DNA of 64,000 bases, taken from the NCBI RefSeq assembly GCF_006345805.1, contig NC_042999.1, positions 158,100,001 to 158,164,000 of the forward strand, read 5' to 3'. Origin of the DNA: Octopus sinensis (Eukaryota). The stretch's first letter is position 1, and each line of letters starts with the position of its first letter. Positions 12,100 through 23,991 of the stretch are shown here, in pieces. Both the position numbers and the translations under genes were made by a program. The notes beneath the pieces were generated by a model that was given only the letters and a program-made list of their open reading frames with translations, made no database searches and had not been told where the DNA came from.

Positions 12100-12364
12100 A
12101 TATATATAATTTCAGCAAAACAATTTAGATTCAAATGAATATGGTACTTAACTTAGATGCACCAGAATTTTTATATGGTATTACCCATAAAATTATGTGG
12201 GGTGATTAAAACCAAAAAATAAGCAACATGTCCATGATCCATTCTTGTTGCTTATTTTTGGGTTTTGTATATGTATATATATATATACACACACAACTAG
12301 AGTTTCGGGCACATCGCTGGTCAAATCGCATTTCACATTTTGAATGTTGCTATCCCGCTGGATA

Positions 12365-12402
12365 GGCGAGAAGGCCATATATAATACATACATACAAACA
12401 CA

Positions 12403-12452
<50 letters not shown>

Positions 12453-12835
12453 CATACATTCATGCACACACACAATCACACACACAGACGCAAGCACACA
12501 CATTCAAACGCATATGTTGCTTTTTGTTGAAAGAGAAGACACGAGTCTGTCTTACGACTGGAGATTCGATAAAAAAATTATATCCTCTAGAAAATGTATT
12601 AAGCACTCCTTTCTCATTCGTTCAACATCAAGCAATGTATGTATGTATGTATGTATGTATGTATGTAGTATGTATGTATGTATGTATGTATGTATGTATG
12701 TATGTATGCATGTATGTATGCATGCATGCATGCATGCACGTATGTATGTATGTATGTATGTATGTATGTATTTATGTATCTATCTAATCATATATGTGTG
12801 TGCATGTACATATATATATATATATATATTTATAT
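12365..12835. repeat. (TA)n, (CA)n and (TATG)n microsatellite cluster
   Basis: Direct reading. Confidence 0.85.
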
Positions 12836-13197
12836 ATTTCTGGAAACGATCATGTAATTTCAAGTAAGTAATTGCCGTTAACAATTTGATAGGTTTTTGT
12901 TTTCTTTCTCCAAGGAAGAACGGAATAATTTCTATGAAGAATATTTTGCGTACATCACTTAGCTTAATTGTCACATTTGATTTATTTCTCTTAGCTCCTT
13001 CAGTTCTTAATATATATATACCCATATATACATTCACGCATATATACATACATACAAACATACGTACATACATACACATTCAAGCAGACATATGTATATG
13101 TGTGTGTATATGAGTGTTTGTGAATGTGTGTGTGAGTTCGCGTGTGTCCGTGTCCCAGTATGGTCACAGACTGACTGAAAGAAATAAAAGTACAGAT

Positions 13198-13232
<35 letters not shown>

Positions 13233-13556
13233 ACACACACACGTCATACTAACTCAAAAGTTTTGTATTTTGATTGAAGCGAAATGTACCCGTGCGATAT
13301 GTCTATCTCGAGGTTTCTGTAGCTTAAAAGAAGCGACATTTTGCAACTGGGATTCAAACCAAATTCTTGTGTAAGACAACCGGAAAATTTCCTCTATTCG
13401 GCTTCATTCTCTGTGTACGTGTACCGACAAGTGCGTATACCAACACACATGTACCATATACGCGGATGTACACATGTAAAGATAATGTGACCGCGTGTGT
13501 ACCGTTGGCGATTTTTTCCCTCCGTCTTCTCTTCTCTGGATCTTTCCTTTTCCTAT

Positions 13557-13591
13557 GTTTCTCGCGAAGAGCTCCACTCGAAACGTTAAAC
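13557..13591 (+). ncRNA. Degenerate hammerhead motif in a pLTR-like repeat
   Basis: GTTT-CTCGCGA-A-GAGC TCC ACTC-GAA-ACGT-T-AAAC; core mutated from CTGACGA. Confidence 0.45.
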
Positions 13592-13731
13592 CCTCCTTCT
13601 TCCCTTCCTTCCTGAGCGTCCAATAATACTATATTTGTTCCACGTCCTCGTGTTGTTGTGTTTTCTCTTTGTGTTTTCATGTTTGGATTAACTATACATA
13701 TACAGTCTCTCTCTCTTTTTCTCTCTCTCTC

Positions 13732-13776
<45 letters not shown>

Positions 13777-15069
13777 TAAATACTACTACGCATGTTTTGA
13801 ATAAGTACCAGATGAGAAAGAGACAGAGAGGCAGAGAGGAGAGAGAGGCAGAGAGGAGAGAGAGGCAGAGAGGAGAGAGAGATAGAGGGAGAGAGAAAGA
13901 GAGAGAGGCGGGGTGTACGGAAGTGGAAGGATCATTAAATGGTATATAAAAAGAAGGGAGAAGGAACAATAAACAAAGTATGCGTGCACACGTATCCTGA
14001 TGTCCAGTGTTGTGACTGAAAATAACGTTTCCGAACTATCACCACGCCCACATTTACAATTTCCATTAGGAACAAATGTAAGCTAGCAAGGTCGTGTATA
14101 TCCCTAAATTATCATATTCTGTATACATTAAAAAGGTTTTTTCTTGCATTGACAGCTATAGCAACAGTTGTTTGCCTTCTACCATCCAACACCCCACCAC
14201 CAGTTTTTCTCATTTATTTCTTTTAGTCCCGACAATTTGCGGATCATATTTAATAGATCAATCACCATGACCCTATGCCATATGTTTAGTTTGACACAAG
14301 ACACACTTCACTGATCAGATTGTCGCCAGATTTTGGCAAACTTGTAATACTGACTTTTTTTTTAAAAAAACAAACTGACTTCATAAACTGTCCATTCTAT
14401 AAGTTCTTTTTTTTTTCTTGTTCATCGTTTCTCCGTAATTTTGATCCGCGTGTAAGGATCTTGCGATAATGATCTTTTTACAAAATTGGCTTACCCTCTA
14501 GGAAAGTAATGGACAGCATAGATTGATATCCAATATCAGATACCACATCTCATATCTGCGCTCTCGGCGATAAACGTCATACGACGCTTTAGGTTAAGAC
14601 TATTATTGAGATTTGTATGCGTATTTTGACTAGCTGGCTCCCGATAACTCGGATCACAACCTGATTGACGCATAAATAATAGCCTGAAATCTCGAGTGTT
14701 TATAACTATGATTAATAAGGTATTTTATATGCAATTTCATCAATATTCTTACAAAAACTTGATATTATGCTGATAGTGACGTTAAGGCTTTTTCTTCTTT
14801 TTTTTTTGTTAAATAAATATTCATTTTCAGATGGGACAGCAAAAGACATCTATTTGGAGTTAACTACATTCGATAGATACGAAAGAAAGAATCAACCAGT
14901 GGATGAGAAATTTGCCAACTCTCACTAGCAAAGTTTTCTTTCATAGTCTGAGAGAATATGAAAAAAAAAAACTCCGGTTTTTCTCCCACGCAGCCTAAGT
15001 GGATTTAAAGAATGGGCAACAGGGGAGCTTTAATTCCTTAGAAGGTAACACACTAGAAAGGGAAAATTC

Positions 15070-15105
<36 letters not shown>

Positions 15106-15914
15106 CTTAATCAGAGTGACCTTATTTTACATTCAAGACTATACATTTCTGTCCTAGCAGTGCGGCAAACTGGACTTGCCTCCTGTTATGAGGCTACAAT
15201 CTTTTCTATCGGCCCTCGAAGGATGAAAAGGCACAATATATTTATGATTATTATTATTTTTCTTTTGTTATTGTTGTTGTTGTTATTATTATTATATTAC
15301 ATTCTGAGTTCAAAGTCCGCCGAGATCGACTTGCTATTCATCGTTTCTAGGTGGATTAAATAAGTACCAGTTCCGCAGTGGGGTCGATATCGTTAGCGCA
15401 GCTTGCAGCGCGTCAGTCTCATTATTATATCCTTTTGACAACTGAGACTTCTGAGACTTCCGGCATTAGTCAGTTGTTGTTTTCATTGTCTAAACGCAAA
15501 TAATAAAAAAAGTCCACTATATCAGAACAGTAACTAAACTAACTTAAGCACTAATTGGTGGCACCTATTCTTATCGTTTCTTAGAGAGAGAGTTGAATTC
15601 AACATTGCAAACTAACGAACCACTTTTTTAATTTTTTTTGTTCAACCATCAAACTTGCCTAAATTTCTTTCGAAAGTAATTTTTCGAGGTGAATAGGAAT
15701 GGCCAAGCGGTTACGCCACCAAATAGACAGTTGAGAAGCAAATAGTTCCTATCCGTGATCTGCAAATTTCTTGCGTCGTGGTACAAAAATTAACACTGAA
15801 ATTGCCCACACCACACAAACATATACATTCACACGGGCACACACACACATACACACACACGAACACATACAAAAACAGGTAGTTATATACGGCGCTTTGG
15901 GTAAAAGAAAATAC

Positions 15915-16090
15915 AAAAGGATAAGTTAATTATGATTTTATTCAACATATTCCCCTCTTAGGTTCATATACTTATTACAGCAGTCCTTCAGTTTTTCTAA
16001 GCTCTCTAAAAGAATTCGGAAGTTTGGACTTCTAGCCAGGCCTTTCGTGACAAAGCCAGGAACTTTTCAGCCTCATCCCCTGCATATACG
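15915..16090. mobile_element. Mariner-derived MITE remnant
   Basis: Ends in AACTTTTCAGCCTCATCCCCT, similar to the mariner TIR at 44247/45495. Confidence 0.45.
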
Positions 16091-16142
16091 ACGATAGGCT
16101 TCCTTGCAATTTCCTTATACCTAATGACACTTTCTTTTATTT

Positions 16143-16498
16143 CTTTTATTTTATTCGTTTCAGTCATTTTGTCTGCAGCCATGCTGGAGCACCGCCTTTA
16201 GTCGAGCAAATCGACCCCAAGGACTTATTCTATCGGTCTCTTTTTCCGAACCGCTAAGTGACGGGGACGTAAACACACCAGCATCGATGTCAAGCGATGT
16301 TGGGACACACATACACACACACAAGCACACATACACACATATGTATATACGACGGGCTTCTTTCAGTTTCCGTCTACAAAATCCACTCACAAGGTATTGG
16401 TCAGCCCGGGGCCATAATAGAAAACACTTGCCCAAGGACTGAACCCGGAACCATGTGGTTCGTTAGCAAGCTACTTTCCACACAGCCACTCCTGCCCC
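16143..16498 (-). mobile_element. Composite SINE A-C with internal deletions
   Basis: Reverse complement of the A head, short microsatellite and module C. Confidence 0.85.
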
Positions 16499-17294
16499 TA
16501 CACTGATAAGTTGCTGCTCAAATCACGGCTTTAATAGAAAGCATTTATTCAAAGTGTTATGCAGTGTTATAGGTGCAGGAGTGGCTGTGTGGTAAGTAGC
16601 TTGGTAACGGTTGCTTCTGCGCATGTGCGAGTCAGTGTTGTGTTTGGCACTGAAGCGGTGAAGATGTGCCTTTGAAGCCGTCTTGAATTGAAAACTTTGG
16701 AAGCCCCATGTAAGGTAAGATTCTGTTTTCTGGGTCCAGTGGGAGTTTTTGTTGAGAATTGTTTTTTACAGGCAGGAAGTCCTACTGGATTCAGAATTCT
16801 GATTCTGCCGACATGTGGCAAATATATTTTTCTCGCTGAGAAAATTTTGGGGGGCGTATCCGTCTTCAATAAATTGAGTAAATATTTTTCTCACGTAATT
16901 GTGAGAATTGTATTGTGCTGTGAAGAACTTTTATGAATTGTGAAAACTACTACTTCGCAAGAAAATTATAAAAATAAGCCACTATTGGATTACCTTTCGG
17001 ACCCATTTTTGTGGAGGTTGTGTTGCAGTTGCGGCGTTCCAGGTTCAACCCAGGCCGGGAGTACCGCAAGGCCAGAATATTTTTGCTGTGTTTTTTCTGT
17101 TTATTAACTTTCTTTTGAACTTCATTTAACCCCCCCTTTTGTTTTTTTTCTTTATTGCGACTTTCCGTTGATTTCTTCCCTTCTGTTGTGCTTTCTCCTT
17201 TTTGTTTTTTCAAAAATCTATCAAATTTTATTTGGACTTTTGAACTTTTTTCTTCCTGCTTTTTGAGTTTAATTTGAATATATTTTAAAAAAAC

Positions 17295-18541
17295 ATGGCA
17301 ATGAAAAATAACAAAATTTTGGAGTGGGAAATCATACCACCTAAAAAGTGGTTAAAAGACCGTGAAGATAGGACGGTGGTGTTGAGAACCTACACCAAGG
17401 CACTCGACACCATCGCCCTATTCGAAAAGACGGCAATTGAGGAGGAGTTGGAAGAGTATTTGCCAACAATTAAATTCATTTCCAGGGGTGTCAAATATGC
17501 AACGGTGTGGTTGCTATTTGACACCCCTGAAGAGGCTTGCAAATTTGCTAGCAAACCCCTGGAGGGTAAGGAAATCTTATTCCTGCCCACGTACAAAAAA
17601 AAGAAATTGATGAAAGCTTGGATTTGCGGATTGCCACCCGACATAGAACCCGAGTGGATAGAGGAGACTATCCGCCGGGGTCTGGGTGACAGCGAAACTA
17701 AGCTTCTCAATGTAAAAGTTCTTCCTGCGGCTGCTTGGGTTGGGTCAAAAGCAATTTTGACCCTGTGGACCCAATCAGCCAATCTGGTTCTTCCAGATTT
17801 TTTTAAAATGGCCGGGTGCAGGTACCCGGTGATGCTTGAGGGTCGCCCCCCTAAGTGTCATCGGTGCTTGGAGTCCGGCCACATAAAGAAGAACTGTCCT
17901 CGGGAACAAAATAGGATCCCGGAACAGTTAAGTAAAACCCCTCTAGAAGAGGGAACGATAACGGCCGAGAAAGCAGATGACTCCTCAAACAGAGGCCGAA
18001 AGAGGAAGGTGAGCAACAATGGGTGCTCACCAAAGGATAATAGGGATGAGGAGAGGAAGGCGAATCTTCCAGCCACGGAGGAGATGCACCCTCCCTCAGT
18101 TGAAAAGGGAAAAAAAAAAAGAAAAAGCGGAAAAAAAACGGGACATTACCGGCTGTCAGTGTAGCACCGGAATGTCCCGGAACTACGTCGGTTGGGGTTG
18201 TGCCACCGACAAGAGAAGGAATACCGTAGGCGGGAACTGTGCCGCCAACGAAAGAACTGAACGTATTGGTCCTCTTCTATAGAGGAGGAGAAATTGAAAA
18301 AGTGATGGAAGAGCACTACAAGGGAGCACCTTTAGCCTTCACACAGGACCCCGAATGGCCTCCGCAGGTAGCTGTGGAGGCCGTGGCGTTCGACGTGACG
18401 CTTGGGCTAAAGGAGCTCAATGAAGATTATAACTTGGTCCCGGGCGACGCGAACTCGGAACTTGACTACGTTCTGAGGGAGGCGTTGTTGATGGTGGAGG
18501 GCGCGGGCACAAGCTATTTCGAGGACGATATGTATTATTAG
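17295..18541 (+). pseudogene. Retrotransposon ORF1 (gag-like nucleic acid-binding protein with CCHC knuckle), disrupted
   Basis: 289-aa ORF with CHRCLESGHIKKNC (CX2CX4HX4C); continues after a frameshift in the A-run near 18110-18120 through one in-frame TAG (~18227) into the 18239-18541 acidic ORF; about 415 codons in total. Confidence 0.8.
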
Positions 18542-18663
18542 TAATGGACTTAAGTCCAAAAATTGAAAAATTGTAAGAGGATTAATACCTCGTTTTGTAT
18601 TAATAATGGACTGCTAAGTCCAAAAATTGGAAAAATTGTAAGAGGTTTAATACCTCGTTTTGT
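18542..18663 (+). repeat. Tandem duplication (~60-nt unit x2) in the 3' UTR of the ORF1 element
   Basis: TAATGGACT..AAGTCCAAAAATTG.AAAATTGTAAGAGG.TTAATACCTCGTTTTGT occurs twice. Confidence 0.9.
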
Positions 18664-19563
18664 GTTTATCTTTAAAAAGAACAATGTTTTAGAGAAGCGA
18701 AAGTCGGCGGGCGCTTTTTGTCTTCTCCCATCCTTATCATCTTTCTTTCATTATCATTCACCTCATTAATGTCCTCGTCCAGCCCGCAAAGCTAACTTAA
18801 TCTGTGTACTGCCTTTATGGCAAATGTTTTGAAATAAAGTAGCTTGGTAACCAACCACATGGTTCCGGGTTCAGTCCCACTGCGTGGCATCTTGGGCAAG
18901 TGTCTTCTGCTATAGCCCCGGGCCGACCAATGTCTTGTGAGTGGATTTGGTAGACGGAAACTGAAAGAAGCCTGTCGTATATATGTATATATATGTGTGT
19001 GTTTGTGTGTGTGTGTATGTCTGTTTGTCCCCCTAGCATTGCTTGACAACCGATGCTGGTGTGTTTACGTCCCCGTCACTTAGCGGTTCGGCAAAAGAGA
19101 CCGATAGAATAAGTACTGGGCTTACAAAGAATCAGTCCCGGGGTCGATTTGCTCGACTAAAGGCGGTGCTCCAGCATGGCCGCAGTCAAATGACTGAAAC
19201 AAGTAAAAGAGTAAAGAGAGTGGGATAGAAACCAAACAGATGAGTTCGCAAAGCGAAATTCTAAACTACATAACCATGCCGGTTCACCCATAGTTTTGTA
19301 TCGTCGTTGCAGTTGCGGCTGTTATTTACCGACGTTGAACTAACTTAGGGTAATATTCATTCATCAAACACATTAAATTACGTATGAGATGAAAAACAAA
19401 TCCAGTCAGGAAGATCAGTTTTGATTAGAACTAGGAACGGCAGAAGCTTGTCTATCTTCTATTACTGCGTGCTCTCAGCTAATTTTTTAAAAATGTCAAC
19501 AATATAACAATATTCTCCACAAAATATGTGAATATATAATGAAGTTGCGTGGAGATAATTAAA

Positions 19564-19795
19564 AGGCGGCGAGCTGGCAGAAACGTTAGCACGCCGGGCG
19601 AAATGCGTAGCCGTATTTTGTCTGTCGTTACGTTCCGAGTTCAAATTCCGCCGAGGTCGACTTTGCCTTTCATCTTTTAGGGGTCGATTAAATAAGTACC
19701 AGTTATGCACTGGGGTCGATATAGGCGACTTAATCCGTTTGTCTGTCCTTGTTTGTCCTCTCTGTGTTTAGCCCCTTGTGGGTAGTAAAGAAATT
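19564..19795 (+). mobile_element. SINE family B, full length
   Basis: 16-bp TSD AAGTTGCGTGGAGATA (19542-19557, 19802-19817). Confidence 0.92.
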
Positions 19796-20134
19796 TTTTT
19801 AAAGTTGCGTGGAGATATCGCTAGAATACCTATATAAAGTATACAAACATATAAACGCACACACACACATGTATGAGTGCAACACGTATACTAGCATATG
19901 CATACATACATACACTAGTTGCGCGCACACATACACACATATATGCCGTGACATGAAGCAAGCACCTAACTTCAAGGCAAATAGTCAGATTCTCAAACAA
20001 TTTCATTAGCATAATCATCTGAGGTACCCGTGTAATTAGATTCATTTACCATCGTATTTTGATTAATTTTTGTATGCATTTTGATTTGTATGTAAGACCG
20101 TTTATCGCTCATGTGTGACATAATTAACGATAGG

Positions 20135-20548
20135 CGACATACATACATACATACACACATACATACACATATACACGCATACACACATACATGCATACAT
20201 ACATACACATACACACACACATACATACATACACATACACACACATACATACATACACACATACATACATACACACACATACATACATACACACACATAA
20301 ACACATACACATACATACATACATACATACATACATACATACATACACACATACACACATATACACACATACATACATACATACACATATACACACATAC
20401 ACACATACATACATGCATACACATATACACACATACACACATACATACATGCATACATATATACACACACACATACATACATACATACATAATACATACA
20501 TATACATGTAAACGTACATTCTAGAACACATTCATGCACATACTCATG

Positions 20549-20579
<31 letters not shown>

Positions 20580-20593
20580 GTGTGTGTGTATGT

Positions 20594-20633
<40 letters not shown>

Positions 20634-20660
20634 ATGTATGTATGTATGTATGTATGTATG
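20135..20660. repeat. (TACA)n/(CA)n block followed by an inverted (TATG)n/(TG)n block
   Basis: Direct reading. Confidence 0.9.
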
Positions 20661-21361
20661 ATGTAAACATTTTCTTCACCACTGCCGACCCACGTCCTCC
20701 CCCTGTTACAGTCGGAAATGGAATCAACAATGAAAGCAATCAATTCAGATTATAAGTCTGAAGATATTTGTGTGTGATAAAGAGTCAGGCTCTTTGATTG
20801 GCGTTAAACAGCTGTCAATAAACTAGACAACTGTATTTTCTTTTCCTTTATTTATCTATTTGTTTATTTTTATCCTGTCAAGTTTCTATATCAGTAACCT
20901 AAGGCCAGCTGTAGTCCAAGGCAAACTGACCATTGATGTTAAGATAAAAGAAAGCTTATGGTTTTTCGGTTTCATTGCAACTATTCTTTATAATAAACAT
21001 TGGGGCATATCTTTATGTCTGTTTGTGTTTTTTTAATTTTTGTTGAAAATATATATATTTTAAAGAAAAAGGAGAAAGCTTGTAAAGAGGATCGACTTAT
21101 AAATTATAGTAGTTTGTCAACCAAAATATTTAATTTTCTATGTACCATATATATATATGTAACATGTGTGTTTCAATTTTTTCAATTCAATTTTTATTGG
21201 CTCAAAAAGCAAAAGCAAGGCGATGTAGGGGGATAGGGAGTTATGTACACGGAGAATGGTCATACAAAAAGTTCAGGCCATTTCTGGTCAAGAGAGACTT
21301 TGAACCGAGCGGTCGTCGGCATAAAAAAAAAAAACAAAAAAACACTCAGTGTGTATAATGT

Positions 21362-21470
21362 AAGGCGGTGGAACTGACAAAATCTTAATCACGTTCTGAA
21401 TTCAAATTCCACCGCAGTCAACTTTGGCTTTCATCCCTTCGGGGTCGATAAAATAAGTACCAGTTGATCA
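21362..21470 (+). mobile_element. Degenerate SINE B 5' part
   Basis: AAGGCGGTGGAACTG...AATTCAAATTCC...TTTCATCCCTTCGGGGTCGATAAAATAAGTACCAG. Confidence 0.7.
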
Positions 21471-21690
21471 CTTGGATGGGCGTCCATCGCAGCGTTACTC
21501 AAGAAACAGGAAGAAAGAGTAAGTTGGGCGAAAGAGTACAACAGGGGTCACCACCACCTCCTGCCGGAACCTCATGGAGCTTTAGGCGTTTTTCGCTCAA
21601 TAAACATACACAACGCCCGGTCTGGGAATCGAAACCGCGATCCTCCGACCGCGATTCCGCTGCCCTAACCACGGGACCATTGCGCTTCCA
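21465..21690 (-). mobile_element. SINE family F, V-domain-like type, degenerate
   Basis: F head plus CTGCGATGGACGCCCATCCA on the minus strand. Confidence 0.7.
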
Positions 21691-22067
21691 TTACCTCCAT
21701 ATTCGAAGTAATCAACTATACAAATATAAGTTCTTTTAGTATTATTATTTTAAAACTATACTTTTATTTTCACTGCAACCGACAATTACATTACCTAAAG
21801 CTTTCACTCTGCACAACAATCAAACTTACCAAACTAGTTTGGCTTTGCAGGTTGAATCTGAGCATAATGAAGAGATCGCGGGCCGGACAGGGTTACACTT
21901 ATTCTTAGAATACCTTTTTGTAATTTAAGCCCAACTAAGTAATAAAGGGGCCAATCTACATTATAACAACTTTTCAATAATTATAAAAAAAAAAACAGAA
22001 TATGAGGAATTGGAAAATTGTGCGTGCAGAAATCTGTGGGTAAACATAATCCTCGGGAAATACATGC

Positions 22068-22461
22068 GTGGCTGTGTGGTAAATAGCTTGCTTACCAACC
22101 ACATGGTTCCGGGTTCAGTCCCACTGTGTGGCATCTTGGGCAAGTGTCTTCTGCTATAGCCCCGGGCCGACCAAAGCCTTGTGAGTGGATTTGGTAGACG
22201 GAAACTGAAAGAAGCCCGTCGTATATATGTATATATATATAAGTGTGTGTGTGCATGTTTGTGTGTCTGTGTTTGTCCCCCTAGCATTGCTTGACAACCG
22301 ATGCTGGTGTGTTCATGTCCCCGTTACTTAGCGGTTCGGCAAAAGAGACCGATAGAATAAGTACTGGGCTTACAAAAGAATAAGTCCTGGGGTCGAGTTG
22401 CTCGATTAAAGGCGGTGCTCCACCATGGCCGCAGTTAAATAACTGAAACGAGTAAAAGAGT
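22068..22461 (+). mobile_element. Composite SINE A-C
   Basis: All modules present; short microsatellite. Confidence 0.9.
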
Positions 22462-22934
22462 ATATCTATATATACACTGGTATGTATAACAATTATAGTA
22501 ATGTGTATACGAACATGATACAGCACCAATAGTAATATATCGTCGCACAGAAACATCTCAGAGCACAGAGTTTCACTCAAAGTGTCTGTAAAACGCTAGA
22601 TATGTTGTTTCAGTCTAATTTGGTTTCCTCAGTGACGAATTCGTCGCATTTCCTGTACTAACCTAAAACATTTTCGCTCTTATGTAGATATTGGTAAACA
22701 AAGCAGTTACTGATTTGTGCAAAAGCTAACCAGGCTAGAATTAAATTAATATATATATTATTGAAAGGTCCTAAATTATGCTATCGGTGTGTATAACAAT
22801 TATAATAATCTTTTATCTTTTACTTGTTTCAGTTATTTGACTGAGGCTATGTTGGGGATCGCGTTAACGGGTTATAGTCGAAGAAATAGTCTGCGAAACA
22901 TTTTTTAAAGTCTAATATTTATCCTATCGATGCC

Positions 22935-23150
22935 TTTATCCGAACCGCTAAGTTACGGAGACGTATAAGTGGTGGTGAGGGGACAAACACACACACAATA
23001 CACACACACACACACACACACACTTTCCGCCTACTGAATCCACTCACGAGGCTTTGGTTGGCCCGAAGCTATAGCCGAAGACACTGGCCCAAGGTGTCAC
23101 GCAGCGGGAGTGAACCTGGATCCGTGTAGTTGAGAAGCAAGCTCTTATCA
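22935..23150 (-). mobile_element. Degenerate composite SINE A-C remnant
   Basis: CCGAACCGCTAAGTTACGG, CCACTCACGAGGCTTTGGT, ACACTGGCCCAAGGTG. Confidence 0.6.
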
Positions 23151-23439
23151 CTGTTCAACATCTACAAAGGTGGAACGGCATTAGCCGTGTATTTTATCAC
23201 AAGATGCCACCTCAAAGAAACTCAACTCTTTACATTGGATACTGCACAGATTACGGAAGCAAGATTCTGCTATCAATAGTCATTCTGTGGGATGTGGTTA
23301 TTTCAGCGACAGTTGTTATTATGTAGGGAAATTCTTTTCGTGTTCTGTGTCGTGATGACACTAAATGTTTTTGAGGGCGGCTCTACAGGCCACAGACTTT
23401 GGAAGCAGAATCTTCCTGATGGTGTGTTGGTAGGATTTT

Positions 23440-23670
23440 AGTAAGAACAGGTTGAAATGTGGGTTGGAGACTGTGCGACGTCATTGGTGCCAAGCTGTAT
23501 TAGCCTTTGCCTTTCCCTTCGATAACATCGGTGGCGTGGAGAGGGGAGATTGGTATGCATGGGCGACTGCTGGTCTTCCATAAACAACCTTGCTCGGACT
23601 TGTTCTTCGGAGGGGAACTTTCTAGGTGCAATCCCAGGTGATTCATGACCGAAGGAATTCTTTACCCTTA
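23440..23670 (+). mobile_element. 3' part of SINE family E (see 35455)
   Basis: GGTGCCAAGCTGTAT...GCATGGGCGACTGCTGGTCTTCCATAAACAACCTTG...CTAGGTGCAATCCC matches 35600-35790. Confidence 0.8.
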
Positions 23671-23671
23671 T

Positions 23672-23739
<68 letters not shown>

Positions 23740-23924
23740 GTAAATAAATGGTACAACAAGGCACCGATATTTACTGGAAAATAGCAATCGTAATAAATAC
23801 GACGCTATTGTATAGATTCACTGCGTATATACTAGCAAAGACGCGTGTGTGCAACAAACATGAAAAAATTTGTCTTACCTCTAGGAAGAACATCTGAAAA
23901 ATGGAAAACCTAGAATAGGATAAT

Positions 23925-23991
23925 GCAGGACCGGTTTCAGACTCTTCAAATACGTTTGACAGCGTAGATTTGATTTGTCTTCATCAGCTAC
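23925..23991 (-). ncRNA. Type I minimal hammerhead ribozyme, canonical core with GUC cleavage site
   Basis: GTAG-CTGATGA-AGAC...GTCT-GAA-ACCGGT-C-CTGC; stem I extends ATGTAG/CTGCAT, then TAGG/CCTA after an internal loop. Confidence 0.8.

Larger units (their letters stand above)
16609..18836 (+). mobile_element. ORF1-only non-LTR retroelement (HAL1-like; probably L1/Tx1 clade)
   Basis: 15-bp TSD AAGTAGCTTGGTAAC (16594-16608, 18837-18851); ~690-nt 5' UTR, one ORF1, ~300-nt 3' UTR ending in AATAAA; no RT or endonuclease. Confidence 0.85.
16572..19220 (+). mobile_element. Composite SINE A-C split by a 2.2-kb insertion (parts 16572-16608 and 18852-19220)
   Basis: Head stops at GTAGCTTGGTAAC and resumes with CAACCACATGG at 18852. 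Confidence 0.9.

Noticed and set aside
17055-17073. GGGAGTACCGCAAGG resembling a conserved bacterial 16S rRNA motif
   Set aside because: Short gapped match with no flanking rRNA similarity; chance.
17390-18076. Minus-strand ORFs antisense to ORF1
   Set aside because: Shadow frames of the GC-richer coding strand; no motifs.
20752-20822. CTGAAGA...AAACAGCTGTC hammerhead remnant
   Set aside because: G12 is missing and stems I and II are not convincing; too decayed to list.
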